Assembly: GCA_000697335.1 (NCBI GenBank)
Contig: JNEM01011766.1
Location: 1-37,985, forward strand
Direction: 5' to 3'
Origin: Conidiobolus incongruus B7586
Lineage: Eukaryota
Length of the DNA: 37,985 bases
Part shown: piece by piece, positions 26,248-37,985 of the stretch
Position numbering within the stretch: position 1 is the first letter of the stretch
How the letters are laid out: each line of letters begins with the position of its first letter
Notes under the pieces: generated by a model
What the model was told of the DNA's origin: nothing
Seen by the model: the letters and a program-made list of their open reading frames with translations, nothing else
Databases searched by the model: none
Position numbers and translations under genes: made by a program

Positions 26248-27438
26248 AGTTTCTTGATGGATATGTCAAGAAATAATATTGTAAATAATAAATTAAATTT
26301 TAATCAATTTTCAATTTGGATTAAAGATTTGTTTTTTAATATTGAATTTGAATATTACTTTTTTTGGATTAAGGTATTTAAGTAATTTGATCCTTGAACC
26401 ATTAATTTTTTGTGAGGATGAACGTTACTTTTGGTACTTCGATTGCGAGTTGACACCGAGATCGGGATTAAGTCATATCTATAAATGGTGAAATCGACCA
26501 AAAATTAACCAATAAAAATTGATTGAGAATCTCATTATAGTGTAGTATATAATCAAAATTAAATTAACTTATAATTTACCTAAATTTCTAAAAAAAATTT
26601 ATAATTTGTTCTCATTTTGAATTAATATATTTTCAAAATTATTAAAAAAATTAGTTGAAATTATATATCGATTATCGTTATGGATATAGAATAATTTTTG
26701 ATATTTGATATTTGGATTATAAATTATTTTGTATGTATATTATTTAAAATTGAATTACTATTTCAAATTTAAACGAGTATGAAATATTCAATTTGGATAT
26801 AAAATAATTATGAAATTGAAAAATTTTCAATACTTAAAATAAGGTTACTAAAATATTTATTATGATATTTTACACGTCTAATTATATAATATATCTCTGT
26901 AAATGAATTATTCACTATAATTCTACCTACCATTATATTTTTACTTTGATTAGAATTGAATTCAATCCAAGATATTAATAAAAATTTAATCAGTTTCATT
27001 ATTTTTAAAATAAAATTTGACAAAATTTTATGAAAATAATGGATTGATTAATCATGTTAGAAATTTTAGTTTGAAATACGTTATAGATATACTATATATT
27101 TTATAAAATAAAAATACTAGTTAATTTGACTAAAATATTAATACTACTTCAATTAATTGGATTGATTGAAAGAATTACTTTCCTGAATTGAGGTGAATAC
27201 ACTCCTTCACCTCCCTTGTATCCAGCAATATGAATATATTATTTTCAAATATTGTTCTAAACGATTTTGGTTGAACCTTTCAATTGATAATAATATTGAT
27301 TTGAACTAAATTTGGATAATTACAAAAATGATAATGAAACATGTTAGGGTTTTTATTAGATATAATATTAATACTAATATTTTAATAGGGTAAAATCTAT
27401 ATAAAGATATACAAGTGTATCAAATGATAAATAAAAAA

Positions 27439-28337
27439 TTAAAAACGTTCTTTCATTCTAGCAGCTACGGATCTTAAGGTAGCGTAAACTTTACCGGGTG
27501 GTGACCCTAAAATCAAACTACAAATGGCATCCTTTGCTAATCGAATATTTTGGAATGATCCCAATATGTGAATTTTACTATATTTTAATTATTAATATAT
27601 GAATTATTTATATTATATTGATTTAAACTTACGTATCAGCTAACACAATTCTAGTTTTCGTAGTATTTTCAATGGTGAATTTAGTTTTACCGTCTTTACC
27701 AGCTATACGACCAATGGCGCGGGATAAGTGATCTCCATGTAAGGTTTTAACTAAATAATATAAAATTTAATACATTGTAATTTTTAGTCAAATAAACATT
27801 GTTTTTTTACCATCTTTAATTTCGAAACTATCCAAATATAATTCATCTAAACGTAAAAGAGCTACGGCATCCTAAATTCACATTATTAATAAATTAAAAT
27901 TTATAGAGAATAAGAATAAAACTTACGGCTACATCAAATCCTAAAGCGATAGCTTTGACGAAGTCAGCACCCTTTTGAAGTGCTCCATTATCGATAGTAT
28001 CTTCACAAGTCTAAACTTCAATTAATACAATATCCAAATATTTTTATAATTATATTACTCTAATTTCAACGCTTTTCGACTTCAAATTCATTCTAACTTC
28101 CAATTTCAAATGTTCTACGAGAGGAGAGTAAATTTTCATCCAATCCTTCTTCAAGGGAGCTAATCGGTGTGGAGGAATGGGAATTTTGCGAGATTCTTTA
28201 TTGACCTATTTTGAGAAATTAGGATCTGTAGATAATTTATCTAGTATTAATATATATATTACAGTTTTTTTCAATCGTTGGCTGTCGATAGGGGCAAAAT
28301 TAGGAGCATCGTCAATTTCCATAGCTGTATTATCCAT
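27439..28337 (-). CDS. PNO1: Pre-rRNA processing KH-domain protein Pno1/Dim2, 6 exons
   Basis: ATG 28337. [79 protein letters not shown] and [25 protein letters not shown]. Five short GT-AG introns, e.g. 28206-28262. Confidence 0.96.
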
Positions 28338-29438
28338 CTTTGTTATATTATATTATATTTTTTGTATATTAATCTATGATTTATTTAGGGATTATTATCA
28401 ATTTTTGAATTTTTTTTTTAGAATTTAACAATTTAAAAATGTTTTATAGATCTTATTTTTATGGGATTGAATTGAAATTTTAAGATTTATTTTAAATAGA
28501 ATTTATGAAAAAAAATGAATAAAAATAATTAAATTTATATAAGAAATTTAAAATATCAATATATACTTATAATAATTACGATAAATATGAATTAAATGAG
28601 TTTTATAAAATTATTAATATAAAATATCATATAAATTAATCCATATCATGTTACCAATTCATGATTTTTTGAAAAAGACAATTTAGCATTTTTAATATTA
28701 GATAATCAATTTAATTTTTATTTTTGAAGAATCTACTATAGGAATGTTTTTTTATAAAAAATATCAAAATTATCATAACTATTTATGAACAATCACTTTT
28801 TTATAAATATATATAATTGGAAACATAAAATATCAAACTTTGAAATTTCATAAAAATGGTAGTATTTTTATATCTTGGTGAAAAAAAAGATATTTAAAAC
28901 TGTATTTTATACCCTATTTTTTATGAGTATATATATAGATATATTAGAGGGTTATTTTAAAAAATTTACTTTTTTTTTTGCAAAGTTAAATAATTATTTT
29001 GAATATATTATTAATATTGGAAATAATCACGATTGTGGTAATTTCAAATTATTATTGAAAATGAGTCCAAATTAATACTTAAAATATTCAATTTTAAATA
29101 TATATATATATATATTAGTTGATTAATAAATAAAAATAATATTTCGATTTTGTTTAAATTAATCAATGAAAAATAATATGACTATTTTAATAATTAAAAT
29201 TTGATATTTATCAATACTAAGGTATTTTTAATGTTGAATAAATAAAAATGAATGTAGATGAGAATTGATAATGAAAGAGAAGAAAAACTATATTTCCAAA
29301 ACGATTTATTCAATATCAAATAAATTAAAATTAATAAACCGTGAAAGCTAAATATTCAAATTAGCAGTATTGTTTTTATTATTAAATTTATAACTAATCA
29401 AAAAATTAATTAGTTCAATTTCATCGAATTTTGATTAT

Positions 29439-29714
29439 TTATTCTTGAATGAAACGGTGTTTAACATCTTCCCATTGTTTCTAAATAATGGAATAAAATT
29501 AGTAAAATATAGAGTATTAGTTAATAAAAAATATACTTACACCTCTGTTCAATCTTTGCCAAAAGGCGTCGGCGGCACGGTCGAAGGCGAGTTCAAAAGC
29601 GAAGGCAGCTCCAAAGATACCGATAAGGAAGACAGAGTTGCGCTTGAAGAGAGTGTTGTAGATAGTCTTGTTGAATGAGTTCAAGGGAGTTTGACTGGCT
29701 CTGAAGGAAGGCAT
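29439..29714 (-). CDS. QCR9: Cytochrome bc1 complex subunit 9
   Basis: Exon 1 29714-29541 (IYNTLFKRNSVFLIGIFGAAFAFELAFD...W..LNRG), intron 29540-29481, exon 2 KQWEDVKHRFIQE*. 71 aa. Confidence 0.93.
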
Positions 29715-30221
29715 TTTTATTTTATTAGATAATAACTTTCAATTGATGATTAATCTTATCAATTTGATAACGAGTGGAATTTGGGAGTGGTTTCAATACT
29801 ATCGATTGAAGAGATTTCGAAATTATGGGATTCATTTTTCTTTGAGCCAATTTTAAAAATCATTAACTATATAATATTAATATTGTCATGAAGAATCATA
29901 ATCAAAAATAAGCAATATATTAATAAACTTCTCTATAATTAATTAAAACTTATCAATAATATTAAATTCGACACAGTATATGGGTTCATATAATATCAGA
30001 AACGAATATTATGAACAACTGATCATTACTTCTACTTGACTCATATAATAATATTAAATACTCACTATTAATATTTGAATTAAAATTAAAACCAGTCATT
30101 GTTGAGAAATCAATTTAATAAAAAACCATTTAATACAAAAAAAATAATAAAAAATAATGTAAATATTTCTGATAAAGTGTAAAATAGATTAATAATCGAT
30201 CTGTAGTATTAATTAATAAAC

Positions 30222-30248
30222 AATAATAATAATAATAATAATAATAAT
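30222..30248 (+). repeat. (AAT)9 microsatellite
   Basis: aataataataataataataataataat read directly. Confidence 0.9.
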
Positions 30249-30275
30249 CTGGATTAATTTTTATTTAATATACAG

Positions 30276-32296
30276 TGGAAGAATTGTTCAACTCATAGTG
30301 TTTTTATGCTCAAATGCTTAATCATCAATTTAGAGTAAATTGAACTGAATAATATTATTTTATTTATTAATAGTGTTTATGAAAGAATTCTTCGATTATA
30401 AAGTGAAGTTACAGAATATTATCAACTAAAGAATAAAGTGAATTTATATTTATTGAATATTGATTTGATCGAAATTACAGTTAATAAATTTACAATTATT
30501 CAAAGTGTTAAAAACATAGAACAAGTTGGAGAACTTTTGAAAGAATTAAAGGCTATTAGCATCACTTCATAACTTCAGAGCTGCAGAATGCATCGCCCAA
30601 TTCCATTGTGAATGTACAAGAGGACGATTTAGTGAACAGTACCAAAGTGAGAGTACTGCTGGATTTGAGTGAGCAGTTATTTATTCTGCTCGAATCGAAT
30701 CAGCTATATCACACCCCACTAGCGCTGAAGTATGCACACAATTTCTATGATTCGGTGTTGAATAATCAGTTTAAGTTTATTAGGGGCCAGTGTGATGTTA
30801 TCGTGAATTTTAATTTGACAATTAATCAGATGAGTATTTGTCACTTGAATGAGGTCCAGACAATACACCAGTTCCAGCATGTTTATGAGCTAGTGGATGG
30901 TTGATGCCTAAATTTGCATCTCAGTGGAAGTTTGGGACTTGCAAGATGACTGAGAGTCAAGGTAAGCCAGCTAATTAAAAACCTTGATCAATTTAAGCAT
31001 TTAACTGATAATTAGATTGTTGAGGATAAGCTATGCATTAAAACTATTGAACTTATATTTGACTAATTATTGACATTTGTATCATCTATACATTATACAA
31101 TCTAACTATTTATTAATGATTCTCTTGCTGTTTGGCAACGAGAATTTCATTCAACTCTTCACTTAACTTACAAGGACTTTTTTGATTCCATTCCTCCTAC
31201 AGAATTTGTTCCCAACGGCGAATATGATATCCTCATATCAAAAAGATTATCCCATCGCACACCATCACCTCATCAAGCGACTAACTAGCGAATACAACCA
31301 AATTCAAAGCCAAGTTATCAAGGACGAGAAAGAAACATTGACCATAGACTTGTTTGATGAGCTGATAGTCAACTGGGTTGATGAAACACAGACCAGAATA
31401 GGATCAGACGCACTTGTAGCCAGTCTATCCAAATTGTCTAACTATCCCAATCTCATTCCGTTCAGCTTCATCGTATTCCATGACTGTGTCAAAAAAACCT
31501 ACTCACAATTGTTCAAGCTACAGCCAACAAACGCTTCCAATCCAAACACAGTACAAAATTCGAGCATACCATATTCAATCTTCAAGCCAAAATCTTGGAT
31601 AAGATAGCACTGCCTCCTTCATTGAGATCGCGCGAAAGTGGACTTCATGACACCATCTCCAAGCACTTTGCAATCTTTAATATTCACTTGCTCGACCAAC
31701 TAAACACTCTAAACACCATATCAGCCCAACAGTTCCAAAATATTTTTCAATTTAGTATCAATTTAAATATGAATGACATAGAATTCAAGAGTATTCATTA
31801 TCTCCAACAACTAAAGTTAAACAATTTATCCAAATCCAAAAACACCAAATTCAATAATTTGGGCAATTTGAATCAATCATCATTATGGTAATATCTCAAT
31901 ATCTCCCAACTCATCCCGTATTAACAACTTGATTAGAAAATAGTTAAATACAACAATAATTCAGTAGCGAGTGAACCTAATATAACAAAACAATTGCAAA
32001 TGAGTTTGGATCATTCCGATTTTAAATTGATTACGGGTTTGAATTCTGAAGTGTGTCTAAGATGATTCATATCATTAAAGAAAAAATTAATAAATGGTGA
32101 GAATTGGTTAGTAATAAGGTAATAAAATATTAATTCAATTATTATTAATAAATTATAATATATCCAGACTGAATGAAATTTCTTATTTATTCAAATTAGT
32201 TTCTATTCTATTGGACTAAATCATTATTTTTATCAATTTCATCCAAATTCTACCAAATCCTAGAGTTGAATTTTTTGGTTGGGATCATTAGAGAAT
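30276..32296 (+). pseudogene. Disrupted intron-containing gene, COG1/Vps51-like; last exon interrupted by the LTR element
   Basis: VEELF near the start and KVRVLLDLSEQLFILLESNQLY resemble the COG1 N-terminal region. Intron remnants (e.g. ~30962-31016, ~32119-32168), many stops and frameshifts. Family identity is tentative. Confidence 0.45.
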
Positions 32297-32543
32297 TGTT
32301 GGGGTTTAAACTTGCCTCATTAGGAGGAATCCTGTAGAAAGATATAAAGTATCAGGCAAAAGAGCCAAAAAGGTAAGTAAAAAATAAAGAAAGAGTAAAG
32401 TTAAAGTTAATAGAAATAGAAGAGGAGTTTATTTAGGAAAGTTAGATAGTTTAAATATTTCAAACTCATCAAACAGTGGCTTATAAAATAGATTATCTAG
32501 AATATCACTAGTTCTTAGAACAAAGAGTTAAAATACTCCCTCA
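32297..32543 (-). repeat. LTR copy 1 (3' LTR, 247 bp)
   Basis: tgttggggttt...atactccctca; the GC-richest copy. Confidence 0.88.
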
Positions 32544-33009
32544 TTACCTTATCTTTTCAAAGCTAAAGTTTTATCTAGCTTGAATCAAAAATCTTTTGAT
32601 TTAATAATTAGCTAAAAGATAAAGAATATCCCCACACTTATTATACTACCAAAGAAACAAAAAAAATAGGTAGGCTATGAGTATTTAGAAATAAAATAAT
32701 AAATATATACAAAATGATAAATTCAAATAAAAAGAGATAAGCAAAAACTAAGTAATATATTAACCTAGTAATTTACAAAAAGATGAATAAACTAGCTTTA
32801 AAGGTATAAGATTAATAACTTAAGCAAAAGCTTATAAGTTTAAGATTATTACCTACTATGTAAAAATTTTAAAATAGGTAGGGTAGAGAAAAGAAACATA
32901 AAAGTTTTGAGATAAAGGTATAAGGTAAGATATCACAAATTAAATAATTATTTTAATTAAATTAACTACTCTTAAAATGTCTATAGTAATCTCTAATAGA
33001 ATTACTACT

Positions 33010-33262
33010 TATTGGGGTTTAAACTTACTTTATTAAAAGGAATCTTATAAAAGAATATAAAGTATTAGGTAAAAAAGCTAAAAAAGTAAGTAACAGATAA
33101 AGAAAGAATAAAGTTAAAGTTAAAGTTAATAGAAATAGAAGAGGAGTTTATTTAAGAAAGTTAAATAGTTTAAATATTTTAAACTTATTAAACAGTGGTT
33201 TATAAAATAAATTATCTAGAATATCACCAGTTCTTAAAACAAGGAGTTAAAATACTCCTTCA
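33010..33262 (-). repeat. LTR copy 2 (middle, 253 bp)
   Basis: tattggggttt...atactccttca; terminal TG mutated to TA; extra ttaaag. Confidence 0.88.
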
Positions 33263-33728
33263 TTACCTTATTTTTTTAAAGTTAAAGTTTTATCTAGCTT
33301 GAATCAAAAATCTTTTGATTTAATAATTAGCTGAAAGGTAAAGAATATCCCTACACTTATTACACTATTAAAGAAACAAAAAAAATAGTTAGGTTATGAG
33401 TATTTAAAAACAAAATAATAAATATATACAAAATAATAAATTCAAATAAAAAGAGATAAACAAAAACTAGGTGATATATTAACCTAGTAATTTACAAAAA
33501 AATGAATAGACTAGCTTTAAAGGTATAAGATTAATAACTTAAGCAAAAGCTTATAAGCTTAAGATTATTACCTACTATATAAAAATTTTAGAATAAGTAA
33601 GGTAAAGAAAAGAAACATAAAAATCTTGAGATAAAGGTATAAGGTAAGATATCACAAATTAAATGATTATCTTAACTAGATTAACTACTCTTAAGATGTT
33701 TATAGTAATCTCTAGTAGAATTACCACT

Positions 33729-33981
33729 TGTTGGGGTTTAAACTTACTTTATTAAAAGGAATCTTATAAAAGAATATAAAGTATTAGGTAAAAAAGCTAA
33801 AAAAGTAAGTAACAGATAAAGAAAGAATAAAGTTAAAGTTAAAGTTAATAGAAATAGAAGAGGAGTTTATTTAAGAAAGTTAAATAGTTTAAATATTTTA
33901 AACTTATTAAACAGTGGTTTATAAAATAAATTATCTAGAATATCACCAGTTCTTAAAACAAAGAGTTAAAATACTCCCTCA
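33729..33981 (-). repeat. LTR copy 3 (5' LTR, 253 bp)
   Basis: tgttggggttt...atactccctca; extra ttaaag shared with copy 2. Confidence 0.88.
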
Positions 33982-34199
33982 GAATTTATTAAAATGAAGT
34001 AGCCTATTATTAATATTGATTTTTTTAATATTTTATATAATTTTTATTTAATTTTTTTAAATTTATAATATATAATAATATTTAAATTTTATTATATAGT
34101 AAATATTTATTATATTTAAATAAATAAAAATTATCTATAAATTTAAGAAACTATATACAATATTTTTTAAATATATTTATATTTTATAAAATTATAAAT

Positions 34200-34670
34200 A
34201 TTATTAAAATTCTATAATTAAAACTTTATTTATTCCTTAATATAATATTAAACCATTATAGAAAAAACTTAACAAAGTAAAAAGCACATATAGAGTTAAA
34301 TATAATCTGATAAAAAATAAAGGGAGAATAATATTGTCTTTTTTAATTCTATTAGATATAGATTCACTTAATAATTAATCCCATATTATAATATTTTAAA
34401 ATTTTAAATAAAAAACTATATTATTATATTTAAAAGTAATTAATATAGTATATTAATATAAAAACTAATATTTTATTTAAAATATAATTTGTAAATAAAA
34501 AGGATATTTATATTAAATAAAAAAATAAAAATTAATAATTATATTATGATAAATTTAATAGGTTAGTCATTAAAGAATAATCTCATTAAATGAAATAATA
34601 ATTGATACTATATTACATATCTGAATTAATTATTCTAAATAAAAAATAAATATATATTTTATTATTACCT
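34200..34670. repeat. AT-eroded segment homologous to ~800-1290
   Basis: See the first feature; minus-strand translation of both copies shares IKKDNIILPLF. Confidence 0.6.
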
Positions 34671-34869
34671 AACTAATAAGTAAATGAAATAATAAATTAT
34701 ATTGAGATAATGTTATTTTGTTTTTATATACATTTGTTTTTGCTTGACTTGGGCTTTATTCTTTAGTTTTTTCAAGTGTTCATATATTATATTATCCTAT
34801 TTTCTACATGATTTTAATAGTTTATATGATTAACAAAAATGAAATAATATAATATTTCTTAACAGATTA

Positions 34870-35690
34870 TTATTATGTTTTGGTGGTACCATTGAAAAAT
34901 TTTTAAAAAATGTAATGAATTAAATTCTACATTTAATTAATATTAATTTCAGAAATTTTATCTTTCATTTGAAGTTGGTTATATTAATTCTGCTGAATTG
35001 TCAATGGATAAAGGAAAATAGTCAATATTAATCTTATAATAGACTCTAAGATCCAGTGTTTTCAAAAAATTACCATCACACCAAACTTGAATTTCAAATT
35101 TCCAAATTACTTGAATCTCACAATAATTTAATAAATTAGAAAGCTTTTATGTATATCGTTTATCAAATCAATAAGAAATTTACCTAATGTAATTATTCTA
35201 TTTTTTATTTAGTAGGTTTTTTTATTAATCATTTTGTTTTAAGAGATCAAATTTGATCTTAAAGCTTTAGTCAAAAGTTGAGAGGATATTGAGGTAAGTG
35301 TGATATTTTTGATAGAAGGTCACTGATTGAACCAATTTGTTAAGAGGTAATATATTGACACTGGCTGGGAAGTCAAGTGTCCAATAACTTTTAAGTAAAT
35401 AGCTGTCTTCTGGGACAGCACCTCTTTGGTGATATAAAGGGGTAATTTATTGTTTAACCTGGATTATTGGGATGTACCTTAGGAAGAGGACCGACGTGAT
35501 AACTTGGTTGTAGTTGGAATATTTATAGTTTTCTTGACGTGTCTTCCCAGCGTACGAACCGTACGTCAGATGGAACGATTGATTACATTGCTTGGGTGTA
35601 TTTTGTGGTCACGTTCCAGGTGGATCTGTAACGGGGTTCTCGAATGGATTGAATTGTTAAGGACGAACGGGTCCTCCGGCCCGTGACAAT
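34870..35690 (+). pseudogene. Unidentified decayed multi-exon gene
   Basis: GC-richer blocks separated by GT..AG intron-like segments (gag|gtaagt ~35293, ggg|gtaatt ~35442). Fragments interrupted by stops; no recognisable family. Confidence 0.35.
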
Positions 35691-35994
35691 ATATTTTTAA
35701 CTATTTTTATATGATTATTTAATAAATAAATTCTAATGAGATTCTAAATATTCATATTGTTGCGTATGAAGGAGATTGGATTCTAATTTCAATTTCAGCA
35801 CTTAAATTTGTTACTTTGGACTGATTATTTAATTATTTTTTTATTTAAAATTATATAAAATAAAATCATAATTTTATAATTCACATTATTACATGTTTAT
35901 TCAAATTATACAAGAAATAATAGTATCAAAGCCAATTGTTAATTATTTTACATTTGTGTAAGAACTATCATTCATTAAATCACTCCACCGAGTT

Positions 35995-36183
35995 CTAAGA
36001 ACTTGTGGTAGTAGCAGAAGATGGTTGTCTTGTGCTAGAATTATCATTTGAAGCATCTTTCTGATTTTTGCCTCGATTCTTCATATCCTTATCTCCAATA
36101 ACTTGACCAGTAGTCTCTTTAACAGAACCTACGATCCCGCTAACATTATTTAACACTTTAGAATTACTGGTATTATCACTCAT
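35995..36183 (-). CDS. CsbD-like small hydrophilic stress protein
   Basis: 62 aa; SKV..VSGIVGSVKETTGQVIGDKDMKNRGKNQ matches the CsbD pattern (GxxKExxGxxxGDxxxxxEG). Confidence 0.7.
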   Translation of the reverse strand: MSDNTSNSKVLNNVSGIVGSVKETTGQVIGDKDMKNRGKNQKDASNDNSSTRQPSSATTTSS

Positions 36184-37985
36184 AATTGATATTGCTTATC
36201 CAATAATATTAGAAAAATTTTGTTAAAATCTTGATAATTATTAATATTTTTTTAGTGAAACGATATGATTTTTATACTATAAAAAATATTTAAATAAACT
36301 TCTATTAAGAAAAAAAATTAATCAGTCTCAAGATTACTTCATGATGATGTAATTATAACTTTTTATGGAATTTATTTTAAATTAAATAGTATTTAATTAT
36401 GAGAGATTAAAATTATATTTGAATTCTTATGTATAATTCTTATAAATAATAGCATCATTGTCAAATTTTTACGCAATTTTGATACTTGTAATGATGAAGT
36501 AACACTGAAAATTAAATTAGAATTTGATAAAGATTAGCAAATGTATTAAATTCATAAACAAACCTACATTTATTGTTTATTTAAGATACTTTTGATAAAT
36601 CATTTAGAAATTCTAATTATTGTAGCTTTAACCCGAAGTTAATAAAGATATTTGGAATTTTGATTGAAATCTTTATATCGTGAATTTTCTAAAATTTAAA
36701 TATATTGAGAATGTAAATGGATTGAGATTGATATTTTTCAATAATTATATAAATTCATGTGGTTACTTATAATTCGACAAATTTAATTGGTATTTTTAGT
36801 TTTTAGAATTTGGCATTTATTGGTGTAAATAATTATTTTAACAAATTTTCACATCTAATATTGATGAATGATTTTTTCAATCATTATCATAAATCATAGA
36901 TCCAATAGACAGAGTCTAATCTTCAAAGGATTAATTTAGATATAACAATTCTCGATTTAGAAATAAAATTGATATTTACCAAAAATTTTAAAAATATCTT
37001 CAATATAAATTTCATAGCAGTGATTATAGTTGAAATTTTATAATAATTATTTATAATGAAAATATATCACCATATTTAAAAAATATTAATTGGAATTATA
37101 ATGACAATATTGCTGAAATAACTCTTTTTTGAATTGATTTAAGATAGTGTTGAGAATCATAAAAATATTGAAAAATATTAAAATTTATTTATCATATACA
37201 TTATTGATCTTAATCTATATAACTCAAAAATATATTTCAAGTCTATGTTTTTGGATTATTTTCTATTAAATGAAATTAAATAATGTTTATTCTATTAAAA
37301 TCACAAAATTTATTTATTTTTCAATAAATATATTTCAATTAGTCAATTTTAAAAGGATTTCAGAATTTATAATTATAATATAGTTATCTTTAATCTAATA
37401 CCTATATAATTATTAAATTATCAATTTATCAAAAATATTCTTATAACTTTTCCATTATTTTTGAAAATTGGGGTTATGGGAATTTATTTAGTTTAAAGAT
37501 ATATAATAAAAAATCGAAAAATAAATATATATATATTGTTATTATATATAATATACAAAATGATATAAATTATTTATATTGATATATTTAAAAACAATAT
37601 GGTGATAATTGCTATACAAAGTTTAAAATAAAGTTTTTTAATTTTATTAATATTTTTTATATATAATTATTAATATCAAATATAATAATTTTGTTAAAAC
37701 CTTTTACCATAATGGGAATAATATTAAGATATATATATAATTTTATAAAACATAAAGAATAATATAAGATTTTTAATATTTTAGCTAATAATATATTAAT
37801 AAAACAAATTGGTAATATTAATTCTAATTTTATTATTAATATTTATATTTAAAATAGCTAAAAAAGGATTTTAATTAATAATTAAACATATCTATAATAT
37901 TAAAATATCTAGAACCAATTATTTTTGCTATTTTATTATTTTATAAAAATTAAACCAAAATAATACCTAATCAAATATAATAATA

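Larger units (their letters stand above)
32297..33981 (-). mobile_element. Tandem TRIM-like non-autonomous LTR retroelement (LTR-I-LTR-I-LTR)
   Basis: Three ~250-bp repeats separated by two 466-bp internal copies (32544-33009, 33263-33728). TG...CA termini, GAAT TSD (32293-32296 / 33982-33985), minus-strand PBS starting TGG 2 nt from the LTR (33709-33726), purine-rich tract GAAAAGATAAGGTAA before the 3' LTR (32544-32558). No ORF. Confidence 0.88.

Noticed and set aside
26808..29075. AT-rich short ORFs (26808-27023, 28177-28428, 28875-29075; likewise 9438, 16059, 18393, 19144)
   Set aside because: Low-complexity I/K/N/F-rich translations, several with non-ATG starts or overlapping real genes; spurious.
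32297..33981. CRISPR array or satellite interpretation of the tandem repeat
   Set aside because: Units are ~715 bp with LTR termini, TSD and PBS, no unique spacers, and the context is eukaryotic.

Overview
Very AT-rich eukaryotic (fungal) nuclear DNA with short (~47-60 nt) GT-AG introns. The style suggests an early-diverging fungus, e.g. Conidiobolus/Entomophthorales-like, but this is inference only. Apparently intact genes: a secreted Ser/Thr-rich protein, CTF18 (about 14 exons), a DUF4149-like membrane protein, a 99-aa stand-alone RZ (RNF213/ZNFX1-type) zinc-finger protein hidden by two introns, IDI1, PNO1, QCR9 and a CsbD-like protein. Interspersed are many disrupted genes: two tandem M28 aminopeptidases, an enoyl-reductase/MDR gene, a chagasin-like fragment, a ~4-kb unknown ORF and a COG1/Vps51-like gene. 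The most striking structure is a non-coding LTR-internal-LTR-internal-LTR (TRIM-like) array at 32297-33981. It has TG..CA ends, a 4-bp GAAT target-site duplication and a PBS, and its copies differ almost only by C>T/G>A transitions, a RIP-like hypermutation signature. All alignments and counts were done by eye and are approximate.
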